64,000 bases of DNA from an uncultured Methanosarcinales archaeon (GCA_964344285.1 CAYFMM010000004.1:109526-173525); one strand, 5' to 3'. Shown: positions 1 through 10,445, numbered from the stretch's first letter. Numbers and translations: made by a program. Notes: generated from the sequence alone by a model not told the origin.

Positions 1-1167
1 ATTCAAATTACAGGTGTTGTTCAAGCACGACCTGAAAATCAAGTTAAAGGGCCAGGAACAGGAGAAATTGAACTAAGTGCAACAGAGCTAAAAGTGCTCA
101 AAAAAGTTCCTCCTCTCCCTTTAGAATTAGACGAATCAATTGAATCAAGTGAGGATACAAGATTAACCTATAGGTACATGGATTTAAGAAGAAAAGCAAT
201 GCAAGATTCTTTAATCATGCGTCATAAATTAAATCAAGCGATTAGAGAATTTATGGATAGTAAACAATTTATCGACGTTGAAACTCCGATCCTTGGTAAA
301 TCCACTCCTGAAGGTGCTCGTGATTATATTGTGCCTGCACGAACATTCCCAGGGAAATTCTTTGCACTTCCACAATCTCCACAACTATACAAACAATTAC
401 TCATGGTTGCTGGATTTGATAAATACTTTCAAATTGTAAAATGTATGCGTGACGAAGATTTACGGGCAGATAGACAGCCTGAATTTACACAATTAGATCT
501 TGAAATGTCTTTTGTTGAAGAAGAAGATATCTATGCGTTAATTGAAGAGCTTATGCAATTTGTCTTTAAAAAAGTACTTAATAAAGATATTGAAATCCCA
601 TTTCCAAGAATGAGTTATGCTGATGCAATGTCTAAATATAATTCAGACAAACCAGACACACGTAAAGATACGGGAAAAGAGTTTTCCTTTTTATGGGTGA
701 CCGAATTTCCCATGTTTGAATTTAGTGAAGAGGAAAACAGATTTATGTCTATGCATCATCCCTTTACTTCACCTCATCCAGATGATCTTGACAAACTTCA
801 CACAGATAAAGGAAATGTTCGCTCCAGAGCATACGATCTTGTCTTAAATGGCTTTGAACTTGGTGGTGGTTCCATTAGAATCCATGACAACGAACTACAA
901 CAAGAAATCTTTAAAGCATTAGGCTTTACACCAGAACAAGCAAAACAAGAATTTGGCTTCCTTTTAGACGCATTAAAGTTTGCACCACCGCACGGTGGAC
1001 TTGCATTTGGAATTGACCGTTGGGCAATGATTATGGCAGGCAAAGATAATATTCGAGAAGTAATTGCCTTTCCAAAAAACAAAGATGCAAAAGACTTAAT
1101 GCAAGATGCACCATCTGTAATTGCAGATTCTAAATTAAAAGAAGCAAACATTAAGCTTGACAAATAA
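1..1167 (+). CDS. aspS: Aspartyl-tRNA synthetase, bacterial type, 5'-truncated by the window edge, lacking the GAD insertion domain
   Basis: Frame 1 is open from base 1 (IQITGVVQARPE..TGEIE). Motifs TPILGKSTPEGARDY, LPQSPQLYKQLLM, RDEDLRADRQPEFTQLDLEMSF, GGGSIRIH, PPHGGLAFGIDR. Confidence 0.97.
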   Translation: MQITGVVQARPENQVKGPGTGEIELSATELKVLKKVPPLPLELDESIESSEDTRLTYRYMDLRRKAMQDSLIMRHKLNQAIREFMDSKQFIDVETPILGKSTPEGARDYIVPARTFPGKFFALPQSPQLYKQLLMVAGFDKYFQIVKCMRDEDLRADRQPEFTQLDLEMSFVEEEDIYALIEELMQFVFKKVLNKDIEIPFPRMSYADAMSKYNSDKPDTRKDTGKEFSFLWVTEFPMFEFSEEENRFMSMHHPFTSPHPDDLDKLHTDKGNVRSRAYDLVLNGFELGGGSIRIHDNELQQEIFKALGFTPEQAKQEFGFLLDALKFAPPHGGLAFGIDRWAMIMAGKDNIREVIAFPKNKDAKDLMQDAPSVIADSKLKEANIKLDK

Positions 1168-1201
1168 TTTTTATAGTTTTTTCTTTTCTTTACTTTTCTA
1201 C

Positions 1202-1861
1202 ATGAAATTCAAAAACCAACAAGAACTTTGGGATACAAAATGGGGTAACTTGTATCAAACTAAAAAAAACCCTTCTAAAGAAACAACTTTTGCAAGGGAA
1301 GTTTATTCTTTTCTAAAAAATAAGAACGTTAAGACGATCTTGGATTTGGGTTGTGGGGATGGGGAAGATTCTTTATTTTTTGTAAAACAAGGTCTAATTG
1401 TAACTGCTCTTGATTTTTCTAAAGAAGCGTTAAAACAGCTGCAAAAAACAATTGACTCACAGAGAATTGATAATCTCACGCTTTTACATCAAGACATTAC
1501 ACAGCTTAATCTTAATCAAAAATTTGATGCCATATTTGCAAACTTAAGCCTCCATTATTTTGATGATAAAACAACAACAGCTATTTTTACAAAACTCCAC
1601 AGTTTATTAAATGAAGATGGTTATCTTTTTGTTCGTTGTAAATCAACTAAAGACCCTCTTTATGGCGTTGGTACAGAAATCGAAACTGGTCTCTTTAATA
1701 ATAATGGTAAATTACAACATCTTTTTTCAATAGATTATCTCAAAGAAAAATTAGCTAAATTTGAGCTTATTGAAATTAAAGAAACAGTAGAAGATCATTT
1801 AACCATGGATAAAGGAAACATCAAATCTTACTTTGTGCAAGCAATTGCAAAAAAGAATTAA
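1202..1861 (+). CDS. Class I SAM-dependent methyltransferase
   Basis: ILDLGCGDG motif I, LDFS, FDAIFANLSLHYF. ATG 1202 preferred over the upstream start, which overlaps aspS. Confidence 0.9.
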   Translation: MKFKNQQELWDTKWGNLYQTKKNPSKETTFAREVYSFLKNKNVKTILDLGCGDGEDSLFFVKQGLIVTALDFSKEALKQLQKTIDSQRIDNLTLLHQDITQLNLNQKFDAIFANLSLHYFDDKTTTAIFTKLHSLLNEDGYLFVRCKSTKDPLYGVGTEIETGLFNNNGKLQHLFSIDYLKEKLAKFELIEIKETVEDHLTMDKGNIKSYFVQAIAKKN

Positions 1862-1876
1862 AAAAATAAAAAAAAA

Positions 1877-2758
1877 CTATCTTCTTACTCTTCTATACAC
1901 AATCCAACTAAGTAATGCTACAATTGCATACGGGAAGATGTAGAATACTAAGCTCAATAGTTCATTAAAGCTGTTAACTAACTTTCTTACAAGTTCAGAG
2001 AACTTCACAATTGCAACACCTGCATAACTTGATTGCTTTTCATTCATCTGCACTGAAATTGTTGTGTACTCAATTCTTCTATCTTTGTTTAATAAAGAAT
2101 CTTCTAAATACTTAATTGTTCTTTCTTGAGAAAATAATCTGTCAGTTAAATCTAATTTTTCTTGTAAATTCTCAGCTTCTTCAAATAACTGTTTATATCT
2201 TGCAAGTCTTGCACGTTCTGTTGCTAGTTGATCTTCTAGCCTAATGTAGCTACCAGTAATGTCTTGTGCATTTTCATTAAAATTAGTGACTTCCCCTAAT
2301 TGTTTTACTTGCTCAATAACAGAACTTGCTTTATCTGCTTCAACTTTGATTTGGTAATTCCCACTAAATACTTTATAACCCTCTCTTCCATGTTGATAAG
2401 AATTTTCGCTTGTTAAAATAGAATCAGTTGCATCAACAATATCTTTTAACTCTTGTTCTTTTTCTTTAAACTCACCACGTTTCACTTCTACGCCAACATT
2501 TGCATTTTTTGTAATCCTACGCTCTTCAACGTCAGGTGCAAAATCTTGCTCACCATAAAATGAACTTGTGGCAACTCGTGCAATTGCAGGTTCAGCAAAT
2601 CCTCCCAAATCGTCATATGTTGCACTTTCTTGGTACATAACTTTGTTAAAACTAGTTCCAACTGAATTGCCAGAACTCAAAAAAACAACAATGACTAAAA
2701 CAACTACTAACAACAACCAGTTTTCTTTTATTTTCTTAAATTGATTTTTTAATGTCAT
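1877..2758 (-). CDS. DUF4349-like membrane-anchored protein
   Basis: N-terminal hydrophobic anchor, QDITGSYIRLEDQL coiled coil, C-terminal TM helix, SD GGAGGT upstream. Confidence 0.75.
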   Translation of the reverse strand: MTLKNQFKKIKENWLLLVVVLVIVVFLSSGNSVGTSFNKVMYQESATYDDLGGFAEPAIARVATSSFYGEQDFAPDVEERRITKNANVGVEVKRGEFKEKEQELKDIVDATDSILTSENSYQHGREGYKVFSGNYQIKVEADKASSVIEQVKQLGEVTNFNENAQDITGSYIRLEDQLATERARLARYKQLFEEAENLQEKLDLTDRLFSQERTIKYLEDSLLNKDRRIEYTTISVQMNEKQSSYAGVAIVKFSELVRKLVNSFNELLSLVFYIFPYAIVALLSWIVYRRVRR

Positions 2759-2835
2759 GGTAAAACCTCCATTTGATAATTATACCAAAATAAAGAAGTA
2801 TATAAATGTTCTAAAAGCTTCAAGTTGAGTTGAAA

Positions 2836-3489
2836 CTATTGCTTTTTGAGTTTCTCTCGAATTACTGCAAATACTAGATATAGTATAATCGTAACAGAAC
2901 TCCCAAGTAAAAACCATAATGCAATGTCTGGCTGGCCTGCAACAATATTAGAGCCAACGTTAGAAATCACTTCTGTACTTTCAGTAGCCATCATTGGAGC
3001 AGCCCCTCTTGCAAGATCTGCACTTTTTTCTGCAACCATTGGTGCTGCTTGTATCATGTCAGACTCAATACTTTTGCTAACGGTAAACGTATAATCTTGT
3101 TCAAACACAAACTTAATTACTGCACTAATCCCTACAGCTCCCATAAACACAGGTAAAATTCCTTTTAACTTTTCACGCAAACCAGAAATCTTTTTTGGAG
3201 CAATAATAATGTACTTATTTGCAAGTTTGTAATGGTTAACTTCACGACCTTTTTTACTATAATGAAACTCATCTACAACAATCAGTTTTGCTTCAACAAG
3301 CTTTTGCATATGGTAATGCACAGTTGAAATTGGCATGCCAAGCTCCTTTGCAATACTTGCCTCTGTATCGTGATCTTTTTCAGTTAAATAATTTAGAATT
3401 TTACGACTTGTAGTACTTGTAATTGTTTCTGCTAATTTTTGTGTCTTTGTCTCATTCAAATCTACAAGTAAAAAATTGCTTTTGCTCAT
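2836..3489 (-). CDS. ArsR-type wHTH regulator with two C-terminal TM segments
   Basis: SRKILNYL..EASIAKELGMPISTVHYHMQKLVEAKLI, followed by two hydrophobic helices. Confidence 0.8.
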   Translation of the reverse strand: MSKSNFLLVDLNETKTQKLAETITSTTSRKILNYLTEKDHDTEASIAKELGMPISTVHYHMQKLVEAKLIVVDEFHYSKKGREVNHYKLANKYIIIAPKKISGLREKLKGILPVFMGAVGISAVIKFVFEQDYTFTVSKSIESDMIQAAPMVAEKSADLARGAAPMMATESTEVISNVGSNIVAGQPDIALWFLLGSSVTIILYLVFAVIREKLKKQ

Positions 3490-3548
3490 ACTACTCTAAA
3501 ACAAAACTTCTTATAAATAATTTTGCATAACTTCAAATGGGATTGAAG

Positions 3549-4178
3549 TTAATGCATAGATTTACTATCTGCAAACATTAAACTCAAGTCTGTTGAATAT
3601 CCTTCTGGTAGGCAAAAAAGATATGCTGTTTCTAATTTAGAATCATTCATTAGTTCTTCTCGTACTACTTCCTCTGTACTTTGCATAATCTCTTTCATTT
3701 GAAAATCATCATAGAACATGGAGCTCATCAAACTCGGAATGCCAATGGTTCTTATATTATTTTGCTCAGCAACGTCAAGAACATTTTTTACAGTCTCTTT
3801 TAAAATAGCTAAGTCTGAATATGGTTGGCCACCCTTAACATCCATTGAACAAGAATAAATTAAATTTTGAGCTAACTTCCCATTGTGGCCTTCAATTAAA
3901 TGAGCAGATCTGGAGGGCACTTGAAATGGCAAACCTTCCTTCTCAACTATTCCATATTGCTCTTCAAAGTGAGATGCATATGTGTCAGGAAGATGTAATA
4001 GGTCTTCATTTAAAATTCTCGCTTCCTCTAACATTCTTCCTATAAACGGATCAAACATTGAAACACCAAGGTCAGGCGTCATAGGGATAACTAGGCCTTC
4101 AAGACTGAGGGCAGAGACTGGCCCATTTGATAAGATTATCTTTTTCCCGTTATATTCAAATAATTCTCTTGGCTCCAT
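3549..4178 (-). CDS. Macro-domain-like protein (divergent)
   Basis: LKETVKNVLDVAEQNNIRTIGIPSL resembles the macro-domain C-terminal motif. Confidence 0.55.
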   Translation of the reverse strand: MEPRELFEYNGKKIILSNGPVSALSLEGLVIPMTPDLGVSMFDPFIGRMLEEARILNEDLLHLPDTYASHFEEQYGIVEKEGLPFQVPSRSAHLIEGHNGKLAQNLIYSCSMDVKGGQPYSDLAILKETVKNVLDVAEQNNIRTIGIPSLMSSMFYDDFQMKEIMQSTEEVVREELMNDSKLETAYLFCLPEGYSTDLSLMFADSKSMH

Positions 4179-4228
4179 TTGGTTAAAAATGAGTTTATTT
4201 TTTTATAAAGATTTACTAGAAAAATCAA

Positions 4229-5200
4229 CTAAAAATCAACTGGAAACAGCACATTTCTCACAACAATATATGCAAAAAATAACACAATCAAAATAATTGC
4301 TTCATACTTGCGTAAATCCCTACCTCGCATCAAAAAGAAATACAATAGTCCAGCCGTTGCAATCTTTATTGGAAGGTCATAATATGCAATTACATTTGGG
4401 ATTGTATATGTGGAAATCAATGCACCAAGACCAATTCCAAACAAGGGGTTTGTGATGTTGCTTCCAATTAAAATACCAGCAGAAATATCTTTTTGCTTCT
4501 TAAAAATTGCAATCAAAGAGGTGGTTAATTCTGGCAATCCAGCAGCAACCCCCAATAAAATAACACCAAAAAATGATGCGCTAATTGGAAGTGATTCAAC
4601 TAAAACAGTTGACGCGCCTAACACTTCATCGGCTACAACTGCCATGATAATAAAACATACTAACACTAACAACATTGCAACCCACACGTCTCTTTTTGAT
4701 AAATGGTTTAATGCTTTAACATTTTCTCGAACCTTATTTCTTTTCAAATATAACAAATACGCAATATATGCTAGCAACAATAACCCTCCTTCAAGACGTG
4801 TAATCAACCCTCCTAAAGAAAAAACCCACACTAACAATGCAGCTAAAATTAATGCGCCCATCTCTGTAAACAAATTCTTTTTTACAACAACAACCGTTCC
4901 CAAAATCCCAACTATTGGCAAAATAAAATTCTGTTGAAATATATCGGAGCCAATATTTGTTCCCACAACAAGTGCAGACATTGTATTCAAAAGAGTAATG
5001 TCACGCAAAATAGTAATACTTCCAATCACATGTGTCATAATCTCTGGAATACTTGTGCCAATAGAAAGAACGGTAAGGCCAATAAACGTTCCAGAAACGC
5101 CATAGTGCTTAGCAAGCTCAATTGAATTTTTAATGATCACTTCTGCTAAAAGTAATACAATAATGACACCGATAATTACGATTAAAAATTCAAACAGCAT
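4229..5200 (-). CDS. Na+/Ca2+ antiporter (CaCA, YrbG-like)
   Basis: Two alpha repeats, IGTSIPE..GTNIGSDI and AAGLPELTTS..GILIGSNI; about 10 TM helices. Confidence 0.93.
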   Translation of the reverse strand: MLFEFLIVIIGVIIVLLLAEVIIKNSIELAKHYGVSGTFIGLTVLSIGTSIPEIMTHVIGSITILRDITLLNTMSALVVGTNIGSDIFQQNFILPIVGILGTVVVVKKNLFTEMGALILAALLVWVFSLGGLITRLEGGLLLLAYIAYLLYLKRNKVRENVKALNHLSKRDVWVAMLLVLVCFIIMAVVADEVLGASTVLVESLPISASFFGVILLGVAAGLPELTTSLIAIFKKQKDISAGILIGSNITNPLFGIGLGALISTYTIPNVIAYYDLPIKIATAGLLYFFLMRGRDLRKYEAIILIVLFFAYIVVRNVLFPVDF

Positions 5201-5730
5201 CTAGCAAAGAAAGAATTAAAGATTGATAAATGTAGTGGTTTAATCCCTGTAAGGTCATTAATTAAAGAGGCCAAAGACTTTCGAACTCTTTCTTCTGGTT
5301 CTCCTTTACTTCCTTTAATTACTCTATGGGCCATATTTTGCACTGCTGTGGGGTTAGTTCCTTCATATGCAACTCTTTGTAGTTGTGCATTTGGTGTGTC
5401 ATTAGCCTCCTGAACAGCCAACTCGTATAATCTAACTAACGCATCTCCTAAGTCGTAAGGGTCAGTCTTAGACTCTACTAATCCTCTAACATCAACTTTT
5501 CCTGCATACATATCATCTTCAAGAATAACTCTTCTTAGCTGTGGGTGGTGTCTATAACGATCTCCAGTGGATTCTCCTTGAGAAAAATAACCTCTTACAC
5601 TAGGCCCATCATCTCTTTGAGGTTGTTCTGGGAGAGGTCCTTTCCTCCTTAGCATTGCCTGATGTTCTCTCTCTAAATCTGCTGGAAGTAACCTCTTCAC
5701 ATCATACCTTGCCATCTCTCCTCTCAGCAC
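5182..5730 (-). CDS. Hypothetical protein
   Basis: 182-aa ORF with no recognised motif. Confidence 0.5.
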   Translation of the reverse strand: MLRGEMARYDVKRLLPADLEREHQAMLRRKGPLPEQPQRDDGPSVRGYFSQGESTGDRYRHHPQLRRVILEDDMYAGKVDVRGLVESKTDPYDLGDALVRLYELAVQEANDTPNAQLQRVAYEGTNPTAVQNMAHRVIKGSKGEPEERVRKSLASLINDLTGIKPLHLSIFNSFFARCCLNF

Positions 5731-5809
5731 AATCTTCTTCTTAAACTAAACGACATACATCCCTGGTACGTGGTAAAAAGGACTCAAAAACTATCCATTT
5801 GACCAAAAA

Positions 5810-5817
5810 TTTATAAA
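5810..5817 (+). promoter_or_regulatory. Archaeal TATA box (example of the leaderless-promoter pattern)
   Basis: TTTATAAA 30 nt before ATG 5840, with an A-rich BRE-like segment upstream. Confidence 0.7.
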
Positions 5818-5839
5818 TCTAGCATAAAAAACCACCTTT

Positions 5840-6475
5840 ATGAAAAGCGTAAACCAAGAAGTAGCTCATTTAATTAATCAAGATATCTCATTGCAAAAAT
5901 GCTTAAAACGAGGTATTGTCAACGTACGTGGCCTGGCCCATTACCTTGTTAAAACTTTTAGCTTGCCTTATTCTTTAGATGCAGTGATCTCGGCTGTACG
6001 AAGATATGATGTGGATTCTATCTCTTTACTAACAATGACAGAGGCACAAACTGCATTTGCAAGAATGTCAGTATCCACAAAAGACAACGTAGCAATTATT
6101 ATTCTAAAAGATAAAGCGTTTCAAAAAATCTGTGAAGATTTCTTAGCAGAAAGAATGCTAAAAGAAAACGCACGTATTGTAAAATCAAAAGAAACAATCA
6201 AACTCATTGTAAGTCAAAAAGAGCTTGATAAAAAACTTTCAATTTTTAATAAAGAAAATATTATCGAAATCCGTGAAAATGTTTCTGAGTTACGACTACA
6301 ATTTCCACAAGATGCAAGTAAAATTAAAGGTATAATTGCAAGAGTTGCAAGCGAACTTGCTCTGCGTAATATCAACGTAGAAAACGTAATCTATAGTATG
6401 CCAGATGTACTACTCTATGTTACTGAAAAAAATCTTGTAGAAGCTCACAAATCATTAATGGAAATTAAAGGGTAA
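5840..6475 (+). CDS. ACT-domain-containing protein
   Basis: C-terminal KGIIARVASELALRNINV ACT-like fold; TATA box 30 nt upstream. Confidence 0.7.
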   Translation: MKSVNQEVAHLINQDISLQKCLKRGIVNVRGLAHYLVKTFSLPYSLDAVISAVRRYDVDSISLLTMTEAQTAFARMSVSTKDNVAIIILKDKAFQKICEDFLAERMLKENARIVKSKETIKLIVSQKELDKKLSIFNKENIIEIRENVSELRLQFPQDASKIKGIIARVASELALRNINVENVIYSMPDVLLYVTEKNLVEAHKSLMEIKG

Positions 6476-6528
6476 TTTTTTATTCCATTTTGGGTCTAAT
6501 ACCCCGATGCTCTGTTCCAATGGGATTT

Positions 6529-6990
6529 TTATTTTTCTAATCTTCCAGTCAATGAAGCAATAACATAACCAAGACAATACTTTAATCTCTCTTCTCCCAA
6601 CAGTTGCTCTCCTCTTGAAAGTCGGCCTTTTGAAACTTCATTTAAAGCATCGTTTGCTTCCATTGCTAATGCTTCTATGTCACTTACAGTATATCCGCCA
6701 TAAAGAGCATTAACCCAATCTCCAGGTTTTTCTTGTTCGACATGAAGCCCGACTTCAGCATTGTAAAAGGTCACTACAATCTCAGGTAATTTATCTGGTG
6801 GGATCTCTCCTCTCTCATCATCGTACAAAAAATCTCTAAAATCCCTGTTTGTTCTAGCATACCATCCTAACGCATTGCCTTCAATTGGTACCTTATACAC
6901 TGCATCGGGAATTACTTTATCTTGTTTTCTTAAACCTGAACTTGAAACAACAGGAGAAGCTAGCCCTTCAAAATACGCTCTTTGATCCAT
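6529..6990 (-). CDS. Hypothetical protein
   Basis: Open frame; ATG 6990 is the likely start. Confidence 0.5.
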   Translation of the reverse strand: MDQRAYFEGLASPVVSSSGLRKQDKVIPDAVYKVPIEGNALGWYARTNRDFRDFLYDDERGEIPPDKLPEIVVTFYNAEVGLHVEQEKPGDWVNALYGGYTVSDIEALAMEANDALNEVSKGRLSRGEQLLGEERLKYCLGYVIASLTGRLEK

Positions 6991-7109
6991 ACTTAAAAGA
7001 ATAATTTGCCACTTATTTAAATATTCTGTATCAAAAAACAAAACTGGACTTAAAATCAATTAAATTGACACATCCAAACCTTTTTAATCCCTAAAAACTT
7101 TCTTTTATC

Positions 7110-7955
7110 ATGCAAAACGTTTATTCTGAACAAGAATTACATACAATTATTCTTCCCTTAGCAAAAAAAATCTCAAAACTTTATAAAAAAAACAAAACAG
7201 TAATTATTGCAATTCAAGGAGGCCAAGGCACAGGTAAATCAGTTTTAAGTACATTTCTTAAGGCTTATTTATTTGGAATAGGATACAAAGTACAACGCTT
7301 CTCTATCGACGATTTTTACACTTCTGACAAACATCGCCATGGGCTAAAAAAGAAATACAAAAATAATCCTTTTTACCAAATTTCACGTGGTATGCCTGGC
7401 ACACATCGAGTTACTCTTCTTCACAAAACACTACAAAAAATAAGGAAAGGAAAAAGCTTTGACATCCCAATCTTCGACAAATCAATTCACGAAGCACATG
7501 GTGATATTTTGCCAAATTCCATTCATGTAACTGGAAGGCAGGATTTTATTTTCTTTGAAGGCTGGTGTGTAGGTATGCCAGTGGTTTCTTCAAAGTCTCT
7601 ACAAAATACTTGTAAAAAACATCGCATTAAACTCAAAATATTAGATCCTGAATTAAAGCACCACAAAATAGTTTTGCGCTACCTAAAATCCTATCAAAAA
7701 CTTTGGAAATGTATCGACTATACCATAATGCTTAAGCCAGACTCTGTTAGTTCAATCAAACAGTGGCGTAACCAACAAGAAGAAGAATTAAAACAAAAAA
7801 AAGGACAAGGTATGAGCAAAGAACAAATCAGCAACTTTGTCGAACCGTATTTGCCCTTCACATATCTTTGTTATGATAAAATTAAGCCAAATTTAAGGAT
7901 ATTAATAGATAAAACTCATCGATTTTATAAGTTAGAATCGAAAAATTCTACGTAA
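7110..7955 (+). CDS. P-loop kinase, D-glycerate 3-kinase (GLYK/Tda10)-like
   Basis: IQGGQGTGKS, SIDDFY, RGMPGTH, PIFDKS..GD, FEGWCVG. Confidence 0.75.
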   Translation: MQNVYSEQELHTIILPLAKKISKLYKKNKTVIIAIQGGQGTGKSVLSTFLKAYLFGIGYKVQRFSIDDFYTSDKHRHGLKKKYKNNPFYQISRGMPGTHRVTLLHKTLQKIRKGKSFDIPIFDKSIHEAHGDILPNSIHVTGRQDFIFFEGWCVGMPVVSSKSLQNTCKKHRIKLKILDPELKHHKIVLRYLKSYQKLWKCIDYTIMLKPDSVSSIKQWRNQQEEELKQKKGQGMSKEQISNFVEPYLPFTYLCYDKIKPNLRILIDKTHRFYKLESKNST

Positions 7956-8483
7956 CCATCTTTTCTTTTTAGGTTCTGCAAGTGGTGTTTTAATAGGTTG
8001 TTGTAACTCTTGTAAAAATTCAGTAAATTCTTCATTTAATTCAGTTTTTTTTATTTTATCTAGACATTCTGCAATATTTTTCTGCGTGATCTCAATATCA
8101 TCCAACGCAATGACACACAAAAATCTAAGGTCAATTGAATATACTTTTGGACTCAAGAATGATGAGAAAAATGTTCTTTTCACAGCAACTGCCGCTCTGT
8201 GGGAATCAACTTCAAGTACTTCAAAGAAAAACACTTCTTCGTCACTTTCTAGGAATCTGGATAATTCTTTAATAAATTCTGCATCTTTTCTATCGTGCCC
8301 AAAGTGCCCAGCTTTACCAAAAGCGATCTTTGCTTCATTCTGGGAGATTGCAATCTCATCACCTTTTAAGAGGATAGCACCGTATTTTGCTTCGACTTGT
8401 TTGACGAAAGGTCCTCTACGAGAGAGATAAAATTTCACGCGCCAAATATCATAACTGCCTTTTATTTCGATTTTAATACTCAT
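7932..8483 (-). CDS. Hypothetical protein
   Basis: 183-aa ORF with no recognised motif. Confidence 0.5.
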   Translation of the reverse strand: MSIKIEIKGSYDIWRVKFYLSRRGPFVKQVEAKYGAILLKGDEIAISQNEAKIAFGKAGHFGHDRKDAEFIKELSRFLESDEEVFFFEVLEVDSHRAAVAVKRTFFSSFLSPKVYSIDLRFLCVIALDDIEITQKNIAECLDKIKKTELNEEFTEFLQELQQPIKTPLAEPKKKRWLRRIFRF

Positions 8484-8570
8484 GGAGATACTACTCTTGA
8501 GATCTATTTATGTTTTTCCTCTTCAATACTTTTATATACCTTAAAAATCTTCAAAATACAAAGAGGTTAA

Positions 8571-9530
8571 ATGATGTTACGCTACGATGTACTTTGCATA
8601 GGCTCAGCTACAGTAGATCAATTCCTTGAAATCACACCAAAATTTTCTTCTATCAAACTAGGCGATAAAATTCTTGTAAACAATACTAAAATTCATACTG
8701 GGGGAAGTGCTACAAACGTTGCTGCAACATTTGCAAAATCAAAACTTAAAACTAAAATTTGTACAAAACTAGGAGACGATGAACACGCAGAAATTATTCT
8801 CAAAGAATTAAAAAAAATAAACGTAAAACCAATTGTTACAAACCGCAGCAAAAAAGCAACTGACTACTCAGCTCTAATCTCTTCACCTAAAGACAAAGAT
8901 CGTGTTATCTTCACACATAAAGGAGCATCACAAGACTTACTCTTTAAAGATGTAAACGTAAAAAAACTAAACGCAAAGTGGTTCTATCTTGGCAGTCTTG
9001 TAGGACCTTCTTTTAGCACAGCAAAAAAAATAGCTCAGATTGCAAAAAACAAAAAAATAAATCTTCTTTTCAACCCTTCTCTTTATCTTGCAAAAAAAGC
9101 AAAAACGTATCTTAAACCAATTTTACAGTCTACAACAACTCTAATCCTTAACAAACAAGAAGCACAAGCTCTTCTAAATACAAAAAAAACAAATGAAAAA
9201 CAGCTCCTTGTACAATTGCAAAAACTAGGTCCACAACAAGTAATAATTACCAATGCAGCAAAACCATTTTATGCACTAAACAAGAAGCAAATTTACAAAA
9301 TATTTCCTCCTAAGGTCAAAATAATAAACACTACTGGAGCAGGAGATGCGTTTGCCTCTGGTTTTCTTGCTGCAATCCTCAAAAAACATTCCTTTGCAAA
9401 GGCACTCCAACTTGGACAAGCCAACGCTTCTTCAGTAATCCAAAAACTTGGAGCAAAAAATGGTCTGATTTCAGTACAACAAGCAACACAATTTGCACAA
9501 AAACATAGAATTGAGGTGAAAGAAGTCTAA
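8571..9530 (+). CDS. PfkB-family carbohydrate kinase
   Basis: GGSATNVA and NTTGAGDAFASGF signatures. Confidence 0.93.
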   Translation: MMLRYDVLCIGSATVDQFLEITPKFSSIKLGDKILVNNTKIHTGGSATNVAATFAKSKLKTKICTKLGDDEHAEIILKELKKINVKPIVTNRSKKATDYSALISSPKDKDRVIFTHKGASQDLLFKDVNVKKLNAKWFYLGSLVGPSFSTAKKIAQIAKNKKINLLFNPSLYLAKKAKTYLKPILQSTTTLILNKQEAQALLNTKKTNEKQLLVQLQKLGPQQVIITNAAKPFYALNKKQIYKIFPPKVKIINTTGAGDAFASGFLAAILKKHSFAKALQLGQANASSVIQKLGAKNGLISVQQATQFAQKHRIEVKEV

Positions 9531-10444
9531 TGTTCTCATCAACAAAAAAAATCCTACAAAAAGCACACAAAAACCACTATGCAGTTCCCCATTTTAACAT
9601 CAACAACATGGAAATTCTTCAAGGAGTTGTACAAGCTGCCGTTAAACAAAAATCTCCTCTCATTCTTGCAACATCAGAAGGAGCAATTAAATACGCTGGC
9701 ATGAATTTTCTCTTTAATTTAGCAGAAACTGCCTCAAACGTAACAAAGATTCCTGTTGCCTTACACATCGACCATGGCAGAGACCTTACCGTCATCAAAA
9801 ATGCAATTAAACTTGGCTACTCTTCTGTGATGTATGATGGTTCACATCTTCCGTTCAAAGAAAATATCAAAATAACAAAACGCCTTACAAATCTCGCTCA
9901 TAAAAATGGAGTCTTTGTAGAAGCAGAACTTGGAACAATTGGTGGAAAGGAAGACACTATTGAAGCAAAACAAATTCAATATACAGACCCAGAGCAAGCA
10001 AAAGAATTTGTTGACAACACTGGCTGCGACTTTCTTGCAGTAGCAATTGGTACCTCTCATGGGGCATACAAATTCAAAGGTAAAGCCTATTTACGCCAAG
10101 ATTTACTCAAAAAAATTAAACAAAAAGTCAAAATGCCTTTAGTCTTACATGGCGCAAGTGGCGTGCCTCAACAGGTTGTAAAACAAGCAGAAAAATATGG
10201 AGCCAAACTCTCTGGTGTTTATGGTGTTCCAAATGCACAAATCAAACTTGCAATCAAAAATGGTATTAACAAAATAAACACTGACACAGACTTACGCCTT
10301 GCCTTTGATGCTGCTGTTCGTAAAGTAATCAAAACAAAGCCTAAAGATTTTGATCCCCGTCACATCTTAGGACCTGCTAGAGAAAATATTCAAAAAATTG
10401 CAGAAGAAAGAATTGTAACATTTGGTAGTAAAAATAAAGCATAA
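9530..10444 (+). CDS. fba: Class II fructose-bisphosphate aldolase
   Basis: VALHIDHG, SSVMYDGS, VEAELGTIGG, AIGTSHGAYK, LVLHGASG, KINTDTDLR. Confidence 0.96.
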   Translation: MFSSTKKILQKAHKNHYAVPHFNINNMEILQGVVQAAVKQKSPLILATSEGAIKYAGMNFLFNLAETASNVTKIPVALHIDHGRDLTVIKNAIKLGYSSVMYDGSHLPFKENIKITKRLTNLAHKNGVFVEAELGTIGGKEDTIEAKQIQYTDPEQAKEFVDNTGCDFLAVAIGTSHGAYKFKGKAYLRQDLLKKIKQKVKMPLVLHGASGVPQQVVKQAEKYGAKLSGVYGVPNAQIKLAIKNGINKINTDTDLRLAFDAAVRKVIKTKPKDFDPRHILGPARENIQKIAEERIVTFGSKNKA

Positions 10445-10445
10445 A

